Shown here: positions 1 through 8,531 of the stretch, piece after piece
How the letters are laid out: each line of letters begins with the position of its first letter
How positions within the stretch are numbered: position 1 is the stretch's first letter
Assembly: GCA_037382425.1 (NCBI GenBank)
Contig: JARRPY010000067.1
Location: 1 to 29,101 of the forward strand
DNA length: 29,101 bases
Direction: 5' to 3'
Source of the DNA: Deltaproteobacteria bacterium
GTDB lineage: Bacteria > Desulfobacterota > DSM-4660 > Desulfatiglandales > Desulfatiglandaceae
The notes under the pieces: generated by a model
The model's input: only the letters and a program-made list of their open reading frames with translations
The model's database searches: none
What the model was told of the DNA's origin: nothing
Program-made: the position numbers and the translations under genes

Positions 1-504
1 GTAAACACGCCGAATTCGGGCAGGAGTGTTGTGGTCTTTCACCCAGTGTCCGGCCAAGTGAAGAAGAATCTTCGGCCCGGTTTCTGGCACCGGCTCATGA
101 ATCGGTTCCGTAAACGGGCCGGGACGGGTGGATACCCGATGATCGTGCTGCTGGGGCCTGCCGAAGAAAAGCACAGGGAGGCCTTTGAGGCATCTCTCGC
201 AACAGGCGAAGATCAATTGATCTATTGCCCTTCCGGAGATCGGCTCATGTCCGTACTCGATGAGGCCATCCTTTTTATCGGCCACGACAGCGGCATTTCC
301 CACCTTGCCGCCATGCTGGGTGCCCCCACTATCTCCCTTTTCAAGGCTTCTGATCCGGTCCAGTGGCGGCCGTTGGGTCCGTCTGTTCGGGTCATTAGGG
401 ATTCGATTTCGGAGGATGGGCTCGTGGCCACCGTTATGCAGACGGCGGTGCCCTTTATCCCCCAGATGGGAGAATCAGCACCACCATTGGAACTGGTGGT
501 ATGA
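1..504 (+). CDS. Glycosyltransferase family 9 (heptosyltransferase-like), C-terminal part, truncated at window start
   Basis: Frame is open from base 1. VVFHPxSG..KKN segment and the GT9 motif GHDSGISHLAAMLGAPTISLF, followed by DPVQWRP. Confidence 0.85.
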   Translation, partial: VNTPNSGRSVVVFHPVSGQVKKNLRPGFWHRLMNRFRKRAGTGGYPMIVLLGPAEEKHREAFEASLATGEDQLIYCPSGDRLMSVLDEAILFIGHDSGISHLAAMLGAPTISLFKASDPVQWRPLGPSVRVIRDSISEDGLVATVMQTAVPFIPQMGESAPPLELVV

Positions 505-543
505 GGAAGGCCCCTAGAAGGGGCGGATCTTCCCGGTTTTCGG

Positions 544-570
544 ACAGGATTTACGGGATTAGCCGGATTT
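544..570 (+). repeat. Three imperfect tandem 9-mers
   Basis: ACAGGATTT ACGGGATTA GCCGGATTT read directly, downstream of the GT9 stop. Confidence 0.55.
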
Positions 571-665
571 TTTTGTATGGTTGCCGGATGCAATCATACA
601 AACAGCCATTGGACCTATCCCTGAGAATTTAAGAGGGCTCGCCAGTATTCTTGGTTACACTGCAA

Positions 666-686
666 TGTGCATTTGGAATCTGCACA
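666..686. promoter_or_regulatory. Inverted repeat TGTGCA-N9-TGCACA, possible transcription factor site upstream of the CDF gene
   Basis: Perfect 6-bp arms in an intergenic region. The cognate factor is unknown. Confidence 0.3.
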
Positions 687-835
687 ATTTCATTTCGCGA
701 TAGGCATTGGTTGTCTTTATTTTCAACGGCGCTTCTGTTATTTTTTGGGAGAAACCTCCTCGTGGGCATCCTGGATATGGGCTTCAGGTTCTGAGCAAGG
801 CCCACGCAAGCCTCCTGGATAGGGAATGGTCCTGT

Positions 836-2068
836 ATGAATGAGACGGACGGCAAAAACGACGTGGCGGCCGAAGACCGGCTGATTCGGAAAATGGCCCT
901 CATGGCCTTTTTACTGAATCTGGCATTGGCCCTGGTCAAAGGCTATCTGGCCCGGCAATCTTCCAGCCTGGCCATCACCGCCGGGGCCATTGATTCGGCC
1001 ACGGACAGCATCGCCTCCCTGGCGGTGTTGGGCGGCCTCCTCACGTCCACCCGCAAAACGCGAACCTTTCCTCTCGGTTTGTACAAGATCGAGAATCTCA
1101 TATCCGTGGTCATTGCGCTCTTCATCTTCTTTGCCGGGTTTGAGATCGCGGCCCGGGTCCTCCAACCCCCTACGGAGCGCCCGGATATCCGCATGCCGCT
1201 GTTGTGGTGGATTCTGGGGTGCACCGCAGCCACCTTTTTCTTCGGCAAATACGCCCTGTACCTGGGCCGGAAGACCGAATCTCCGGCCCTTCTCGCCGAG
1301 GGCCGCCACCGGCAGGTGGACGTGCTCTCTTCCGTGGTGGTGCTGATATCCGTGTTGCTGAACTACTACCAGGTGGATTTACGATACGGCTTTCTGACCA
1401 TCGATCGGATGGCTGCCCTGCTGGTCCTCATCTTTATTGGTAAGGCCGGTTGGGAGTTGCTGTCCGACGGCATGCGCGTTCTGTTGGACGCCTCGGTGGA
1501 TTACGCCACTCTGGACCGGGCCCGAAAGATCATCGAAAAGGAGCCGGCGGTTAAGGAGGTCACCGCTTTGGTGGGAAGAAACGCCGGTCGATTCCGGTTT
1601 ATCAGCGCCGAGGTGACGCTGCGGATCCTCGATTTCAAAAAGGCCCATCAAGTAGCCGACCGCGTGGAAAAACAGATCCGGGAAGAAATCCCCCATGTGG
1701 AGCGAGTCAAACTGCGCTATGCGCCCACAGCGTCCAAGATCCGGCGGGTGGCCTTTCCCGTGTTGGCGGATGGAGAGACCATCAGTGACCATTTTGGAGA
1801 AGCGCCTCAATTTTTGATCTGTCAGATGGACACGGAGACTGGAGAGATCCAGAGGAAAGTGCTCCTCAAGAATCCGCACGGCAAAGAGAGTAAAGGAAAG
1901 GGGATCATGGCCGCACGGTTCCTGGTAAATCACAATATCGACATGCTGGGGGCCAGAAAAAAGATGGAGCAGAGCGGACCCGGTTATGTTTTTTCCGATG
2001 CCGGGGTCGAGACCTTCGAGGTCTCCGGAAATACCGCCACAGAGGCCCTGCAGGTGTTCATGTCATAA
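836..2068 (+). CDS. Cation diffusion facilitator (CDF) transporter with C-terminal NifB/NifX-type (FeMo-co binding fold) domain
   Basis: TM2 DSATD (DxxxD), TM5 HRQVD (HxxxD), FPLGLYKIE loop and cytosolic dimerisation domain, then RVAFP..ISDHFGEAPQF..NP..GKG typical of NifB/NifX domains. ATG 836 is preferred over the track start at 707. Confidence 0.88.
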   Translation: MNETDGKNDVAAEDRLIRKMALMAFLLNLALALVKGYLARQSSSLAITAGAIDSATDSIASLAVLGGLLTSTRKTRTFPLGLYKIENLISVVIALFIFFAGFEIAARVLQPPTERPDIRMPLLWWILGCTAATFFFGKYALYLGRKTESPALLAEGRHRQVDVLSSVVVLISVLLNYYQVDLRYGFLTIDRMAALLVLIFIGKAGWELLSDGMRVLLDASVDYATLDRARKIIEKEPAVKEVTALVGRNAGRFRFISAEVTLRILDFKKAHQVADRVEKQIREEIPHVERVKLRYAPTASKIRRVAFPVLADGETISDHFGEAPQFLICQMDTETGEIQRKVLLKNPHGKESKGKGIMAARFLVNHNIDMLGARKKMEQSGPGYVFSDAGVETFEVSGNTATEALQVFMS

Positions 2069-2177
2069 GTGGATAAGTGACTTTTTAGAGTCATAGGCGT
2101 GGCGTTGATTTCCATGACATCTCAACTCCCACTTCAGACTGGAAAAAACCGTATCACAAAGGTCCTATTTGAAAATG

Positions 2178-5100
2178 TTATGAAAGCGAGGCCAGTTCTT
2201 TCTCGTATTTTTCCACCCAGCCATCCGCACCGCATTCTCGATAAATACGAACCGATTCAGATAAAGCCGCTTTGACTGTCGATTGATCACCCATCCGTCT
2301 ATGAATTTTAGCGGACACGGCAAGATCTTGCGGCAGGTCATAAAAGTTTTTATTTTGACTATCGACGGCAATGGCCTCTTGAATCAATTTATCAGCCTTA
2401 CGCATGTCAGAATCGTTTAAATACAACATCACTTCAGCGACATATCTCCGCATTCGGCCCCCAAATAACATGATGTTATTTTTATCGGCATATGCAGAAA
2501 GTGAATCAAGATTGGGTATCTCCTCCTTATTAAACGCCATCACTCTGGCCAGGGCCAATTCGCATACCCGCATAAAGGAAGGGTAAAAATCATTAGATTT
2601 CAAAAGCCAAACCGCATTTGCCAAATGTTTCTTTGATTTCTTTATTTCCCCCAAGGAGAAATACGTGTCACCGAGCAGAAATTCAGCACCGCTCTGGATT
2701 AACAGAAACCCAATCCGGACGCTTAGATCACAGCTCATGATCAGATGTTTTGTGGCATCTTCCAGCTGCCTTTTGAGATAATACGCCATGCCCATGCTGA
2801 AATGCGCTTCCGCCTTTGAATAGGCATCTCCGCTCTCCTCAGCCTTTTGTAATCCATCGCAGCTCATGGGGTATCCCACGTTCACCTTTCCTTGATACAG
2901 GTGCACCGTTCGAGCGATGCAACTCGTTTGGGCGGCAATCCCCCAAAGCACATTTGCCATGGTACTTATCTCCAGGCTTCTGTTTAGATACGTTAGAGAT
3001 TTTTCAAACTCGCAATTATCCGCAAGAACGTGACCCATCCAGTGGCTCGCCATGACCAGGGAAATGGGATCGCCGGTTGCTTCAGCGAGTCGTATCGCAT
3101 CCTGTAATCTGTCTTTAGCGTTAGAAACATCTTCTTCAACGATGTACGTATGCACTCCCAGTATGGTATTGATCTGGCCGATCCTCCTCTTATGGTCATG
3201 TTTTGTAGCAAGCTCTATGACCGGCGCTACGGCTTCTTTCGAGAACTTAAACCCATTGACCTGAAGGTAGTAAAGCCCCAGGGTGGTCCGAGCATCGATA
3301 ATTTTCTTATCAAGATCTTCAGTGTGAGGCAGGTTTTCCAAAGAGCGAACCAGTTTCTCTCCGTAATCAATGGCGTCCTTCAAGGCGCCCACCTTCTGGG
3401 CTCTCTTGGCGGCAAGCTTGGCATACTCGGCAGCCTTGACATAATTCTTCGACGCCATAAAATGATCTGCCAGGGTTTCATAGTGGATATCCAGCCTGTC
3501 CCCATAGGTGTCTTCGATGGCGATGCCGACTTGATTATGTAGGTCTCGTTTTCTGCTGGTCAGTATTGAATCATTGACCACATCCCGGGTGAGTGCATGT
3601 TTGAAAGCATAAGTCACATGGGGGGCTACGCCTCTTTCTAGGAGGAGTTCAGCGTCCAGTAAAGCTGCGAGTGACTCAAGCAGTTCGTCTTCCTGGCAGC
3701 CTGAAACTCTTCGGATCAACTCCCCGCTGAATTCCCTTTCGATAACCGAAGCAATTTGGAGAACGTTTTTGGCTGTCTCGGGCAACGCATCGACCCTCGC
3801 CATGATGACGTCGTGAATAGTAGAGGGGATTTCCATGTGCAGGGCGTCTTTCGACAGGCAATATACTGCTCCGTCTCGTTCCAATATATTCAGGTTTTTG
3901 AAGGACTTCACGAATTCTTCCACAAAAAACGGGACGCCTTCTGTCTTTTCCAGAATCATCTCCTCAGCCGATGCATTCATCGCTTTTGACCCCAGCAGAT
4001 ACTTGGCGATTTGGATACTCTCCCGGTTTGGTAAGCGATTGAGCGTGATCTGGTTGTGATAGGACTTTATGGGCCAGGACGGCTGGTATTCCGGTCGATA
4101 CGTGAATATAAGAAGCACTCTTGATCCTGGTATGGAGGGCAAAAGGAACTTGAGGACATCCTCTGAACTTCGGTCTATCCAGTGGAGATCCTCTACTGTT
4201 AGCACAATCGGTCTGATCTGAGCGCCTCTTAAGACAATTTGCTTGAGTGCCTCAATGGTTTGCTCTCGCTTCCCTTCAGGACTCATCATGATTTTGTCAA
4301 CGCCGCTATCCTTAACCGACAACAGTCCCAGGATATACGGCAGGATGATGGATTCCTCGGCCCCGAGGTCCAGCAAACCGGACCGGACCTTCTCCTGGAT
4401 AGCGTCATCAACGTCTTCTTCATGTATGCCGAAGGCCGATTTCAGAAGATCTATAATAGGGTGGAAAGACAACCCCCTGCCATAGGAGACGCATTTCCCT
4501 TCCAGAAAGTTTACATTTTCATTGTTAACGGCCTTTCTAAACTCGTGCAAGAGTCGTGACTTGCCTAAACCCGCTTCGGCGACGATACTGAACGCCTGAC
4601 CGTGGCCCGATTTAACACGATTCAGGCCGTCAAGCAGAAGATCGAGTTCCCGCCGCCGGCCTACGAAGGGGCTAAGTCCACTCATCGCACTGACGTCGAA
4701 GCGCGTCTTTTGCGTACTGGGCGAAATGACGCGATAGATAGTGACAGGTTTTTCCATTCCTTTGATCTTTTCCTCTCCCATCGACTCAAAACTAAACAAG
4801 CCCTCCGTGAGTCTGAAGGTATCCTCCGTCACATAGGTACTGCCAGGATCGGCCAGTCCCTCCATCCGGGAAGCCAGATTCACCGTGTCGCCTACGGCTT
4901 TGAATTCCACCCTTAGATTGTTACCCAGGGTTCCTACGACCACGGGCCCGGAATGGATTCCGATTCTCATTTTAAGAGGGGATATCTCCTCTCGTTTCTG
5001 TCTAAGAGTTTCGTTGAAGACGGTCATTTCTTTGTGTATGGCGTGGGCCGATCGTATGGCCCGTTGAGGGGCATCCTCCAAGGCAATGGGTGCACCAAAA

Positions 5101-5549
5101 AGCGCCATAATCCCGTCGCCGGTCATCTCATTCACCGTGCCCTCGTAATCGTGGACTTTGTGGATGAGAAGTTCGTAGACCTTGTCCATGATGCCATAGG
5201 CTTCTTCTGCGCCGAGGCGCTCCACCAGAGGGGTGAATCCCTCCATATCGCAGAACATGACGGTGACCTGTTTGCGCTCTCCCTCGATCTTGTCTCGCTG
5301 GGAAAGGATCTTCTCGGTCAGGCCTTTGGGCAGATACCGTTGGATTTTGTCTAATTTTTCGTCAAAGGAAAGGTCTTTAGGGGCCGGCTCAGAAGGTGTG
5401 GCGAGATCATGGCCGCATTCACCACAAAATTTATCCCCTGGGAGGTTCTCAGACCCGCAATGGGAACAGAGCAAGACGAGTTTAGCGCCACATTCTCTAC
5501 AAAATTTGCGGGTCTCAGGGTTGTCAGTCTGGCATTTTTTGCATTTCAT
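2178..5549 (-). CDS. Double zinc ribbon - class III nucleotidyl cyclase - STAND AAA ATPase - TPR-like protein
   Basis: Four CxxC pairs (MKCKKC..FCREC..CSHC..FCGEC); cyclase motifs VMFCDMEGF, TGDGIMALFG, GDTVNLASR; Walker A AEAGLGKS; Walker B LTVEDLHWID; GVPFFVEE; FKHALTRD; helical repeat C-terminus. Start taken at MKCKKC. Confidence 0.92.
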   Translation of the reverse strand: MKCKKCQTDNPETRKFCRECGAKLVLLCSHCGSENLPGDKFCGECGHDLATPSEPAPKDLSFDEKLDKIQRYLPKGLTEKILSQRDKIEGERKQVTVMFCDMEGFTPLVERLGAEEAYGIMDKVYELLIHKVHDYEGTVNEMTGDGIMALFGAPIALEDAPQRAIRSAHAIHKEMTVFNETLRQKREEISPLKMRIGIHSGPVVVGTLGNNLRVEFKAVGDTVNLASRMEGLADPGSTYVTEDTFRLTEGLFSFESMGEEKIKGMEKPVTIYRVISPSTQKTRFDVSAMSGLSPFVGRRRELDLLLDGLNRVKSGHGQAFSIVAEAGLGKSRLLHEFRKAVNNENVNFLEGKCVSYGRGLSFHPIIDLLKSAFGIHEEDVDDAIQEKVRSGLLDLGAEESIILPYILGLLSVKDSGVDKIMMSPEGKREQTIEALKQIVLRGAQIRPIVLTVEDLHWIDRSSEDVLKFLLPSIPGSRVLLIFTYRPEYQPSWPIKSYHNQITLNRLPNRESIQIAKYLLGSKAMNASAEEMILEKTEGVPFFVEEFVKSFKNLNILERDGAVYCLSKDALHMEIPSTIHDVIMARVDALPETAKNVLQIASVIEREFSGELIRRVSGCQEDELLESLAALLDAELLLERGVAPHVTYAFKHALTRDVVNDSILTSRKRDLHNQVGIAIEDTYGDRLDIHYETLADHFMASKNYVKAAEYAKLAAKRAQKVGALKDAIDYGEKLVRSLENLPHTEDLDKKIIDARTTLGLYYLQVNGFKFSKEAVAPVIELATKHDHKRRIGQINTILGVHTYIVEEDVSNAKDRLQDAIRLAEATGDPISLVMASHWMGHVLADNCEFEKSLTYLNRSLEISTMANVLWGIAAQTSCIARTVHLYQGKVNVGYPMSCDGLQKAEESGDAYSKAEAHFSMGMAYYLKRQLEDATKHLIMSCDLSVRIGFLLIQSGAEFLLGDTYFSLGEIKKSKKHLANAVWLLKSNDFYPSFMRVCELALARVMAFNKEEIPNLDSLSAYADKNNIMLFGGRMRRYVAEVMLYLNDSDMRKADKLIQEAIAVDSQNKNFYDLPQDLAVSAKIHRRMGDQSTVKAALSESVRIYRECGADGWVEKYEKELASLS

Positions 5550-5566
5550 CTCTGTTGCCCCCACAC

Positions 5567-6846
5567 TCAGGATTTATTCCAGAGAACCTCATGGACATCC
5601 ATGGTTTCCTCAAATCCTTTGGGTATAAAACTTCCCGCCTTTAAAAACTCAAATGTCCCCCCGGAGACGATTTGCCTTGTCACATCAGATGTCAATATCC
5701 GCCCACCCGTAGCCTGAGAAAGCAATCGGGAGGCCATTACCACGGCACGGCCGAAGGGATGTCTGCCTTCGCGTCTGACCACTTCACCGGTGTGGACGCC
5801 AATGCGAACCCTTATGTCCGGCAACTCTTTTGAGATTTCTTTTTGAATATCCTGAGCGCACTTAATGGCGTTTGATGCCGTATCAAAGGACAGCATGAAC
5901 CCGTCACCCAGGTTCTGAAGTTCCCTACCTCTGTGTTTTTCGAGATGGGTCCTGATAATTGCATCATGCCTTAAAAAAATCTCTCTCGCCGCACGATCCC
6001 CAAGCCTGGTCACCAATTCTGTAGAAGATTCTATATCTGAAAACACGATGGTCGCTTGTTCAACTACATCTGAACCTTCATCAGATGAAACTTCCGTCGG
6101 CACATCCTGAGCAGCACCCCTTTCTCCAGCAATTCCTACCTGCAAAAATGTGTGAATCTCCTGAACGATTTCATCCGAATCACCATGCCAACACGGATGG
6201 ATGTCGCCTTTCAGGACCTTAAATAAGGCATCGGGAATTTCGCGTGCCAGCTTACGGCCGAGTTCAAGTTTATGTGCCTTATCCTCTTCTCGGTGAAGAA
6301 TAAGTGTTGGCGTCTTTATTTCGGACAGTTTATCGCTCACATCGAAGCCATAACCCATTTCCATCAATTTCGCAGCCATTTCGGGAGTAGTCGACTTTCG
6401 TTGAAGCTTTGCAAGGCTTTCAAGGTGTTCTTTATCTGCCTTTGGCACAAAAATTTCCGCCAAAGTACGAGAACCAATACCCCATGACGCCCTGACGAGG
6501 TTTGGTAAGGCCGACTGTACGTCTTCAGGTGCGACGTCTTTTCCCTTCGCGTACGTCCCGTATAAGACTAAACGGGACACCTTTTCAGGGTTCTCCGCAG
6601 TATAAGCAATGGCCACCGGGCCTGCCTGAGAACTGCCGAACAGACCGAATTTTTCGAGACCCAAGTAATGACAGTCACGCCTCTGGAAAGGCTTTCCCAG
6701 AATCGATTGGCGAAGCGATCTTCCAAACTGTACGACAGGCTGGTCACCCATGGCGGTGGACAAACTAAAGGAGGGCCTTGGCCGAATTGGGCATAGGCGA
6801 TCTTCACTCCGTCATTTCTCTTAACAAACTGGATCCCTGGTTGCAT
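5567..6846 (-). pseudogene. Alpha/beta hydrolase - class III cyclase fusion (LipJ/Rv1900c-like architecture), frameshifted by an apparent internal deletion near 6667-6670
   Basis: The N-terminus MQPGIQFVKRNDGVKIAYAQFGQGPPLV..SRGVTVI (GGAG RBS, ATG 6846) is in one frame. The rest (LGLEKFGLFGSSQAGP..HREED..GDIH..IVFSDIESST..GDGF..MASR) is in another. The usual RYDxxGxGxSD segment is absent. Confidence 0.8.
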
Positions 6847-6983
6847 TTCAGAACTCCAACTTGAGATTGACGATATCAACAACGTAATTCATTTGATTCA
6901 TGCAGCTTCAGGTATAACATTTGGCGTCATTTCAGCGGCCATTCTGATTAAATGGGTTGAAGGCTTGGTCCGTTAGGCACAGC

Positions 6984-7468
6984 TCATGAGAGGTTTGCCA
7001 GTTCTTTCTCGTATTTCTCCGCCCAGCCATCTGAGCTGCATTCTTCAAAAACTTGTATTTCCTTTTTTAGCGTTTCTTTTGCTTTGTAAAAGTCGCCTTT
7101 CCGTTTGAAAAGTTCTGCGTACAGAACATAATCCCTGGCTAAGTCGAATCTCGTATCGTTATTTGTATCTGCTTCAATAGCCTGATTTATCCATTTTTCC
7201 GCCTCGGGTATATGAGGGCTACCCAAGCTCAACAGAATGCATCCGATCTCCTTGGCTATCCATCCATCGAATAATCGTATCCTGTTTCTATGAGCGTGTT
7301 TTCCAAATTTTGAAAATCGATCCGTTCTTGGCCGCATTCATCGCAGAATTTGAATGTCGGTGGATTCGCGAAACCACATTTGTCGCAGATCCGTTCTATT
7401 TTGGCCCCGCATTCCCCACAAAACTTCATACCTTCTGGGTTATCAAACCGGCATTTTGGGCATTTCAT
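6984..7468 (-). pseudogene. Internally deleted paralog of the zinc ribbon-cyclase-STAND-TPR gene (zinc ribbon joined to the last ~113 aa), with a 1-nt frameshift
   Basis: MKCPKC..FCGEC..CDKC..FCDECGQ is followed directly by sequence aligning with the C-terminus of 2178-5549 (DGWAEKYEKELANLS vs DGWVEKYEKELASLS). One extra base in the T4 run at 7299-7302 would join the two frames. Confidence 0.82.
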
Positions 7469-7935
7469 TTGGATAGCTCAGTTTTGAATATTTAGGATCT
7501 GGCAATTAAGCGTCATTCCAAAATGAAACCGGGCCGACTAGAAGCGGATTACAAAAGAGGCGATTAAGCCCTGTGGCTTATCGTCTTAATCCTGCCAGCT
7601 TCGCTTTGGGCAGAAAAGACGGTGAACTCCCAACAGGTGGAATTCCCCTGTCAGGAGATGGGCATGCAGAATTTGAGGATTTTTGGCATATCTAACCTCA
7701 GAAAAAGAGGTTGAATAATCGGTAGGATTACGTAGAAATGATGAAAAAACAAAAAGCCTTTTATGTCAAGGAAAATCGGTTTCTAATAGACCCACCCCAA
7801 TTGTGTTATCTGTGGTGTTGGTTCGCTGGAGTAAGTTGGTGATAATAATTCCAAATCTAATGTTCTATTATATTGCAACCATTGTTGAATGCAGATATAA
7901 CAACCGACACCGCTATTTCGATGGGGAAAGCTCTG

Positions 7936-8118
7936 ATGGGAACCATTAAGAAAACGCTCATTTGGATACTGACCGGTATCTGTCTGATTCTCGCCTCCTG
8001 TGCAGGCGACGGCCAATTCGCAGGCCGGTTCACCATCGACGATATAATAAAGCTCTGGAAACCGGCCAAGGCCCAAGAACCGGGCAAAGCGGTGTCATCG
8101 CAGCACTCCCAGCCCTGA
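7936..8118 (+). CDS. Small hypothetical lipoprotein (60 aa)
   Basis: Basic N-terminus, hydrophobic stretch and lipobox LASC; purine-rich upstream GGGGAAAG. Confidence 0.55.
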   Translation: MGTIKKTLIWILTGICLILASCAGDGQFAGRFTIDDIIKLWKPAKAQEPGKAVSSQHSQP

Positions 8119-8171
8119 AAATCCATGATGTGAGGGCCACGAAAATGATGTCTAAGGGGCCGGTTCTTAAA

Positions 8172-8531
<360 letters not shown>

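Noticed and set aside
701-716. TAGGCAT..TTGT as a sigma54 promoter for the CDF gene
   Set aside because: No GC at the -12 position with 10-nt spacing.
707-835. Extended N-termini in the ORF track (also 15438, 17953, 20832, 21455, 27481)
   Set aside because: The extensions precede better RBS-linked starts where family similarity begins.
6912-6978. attC-like site between the two damaged cyclase genes: GCCTAAC 5 nt after a stop, GTTATAC 67 bp away, central hairpin TTCAGCGGCCATT/AATGGGTTGAA
   Set aside because: R-to-L spacing is 10-12 nt rather than 5-6, the outer segments do not pair, and no second site or integrase is present. An IntegronFinder/Rfam attC scan would settle it.
7500-7680. Partial resemblance to ZTP (..TGGGCA) and fluoride (GGAGATGG) riboswitch fragments
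   Set aside because: The other conserved segments are missing, and orientation and downstream genes do not fit.
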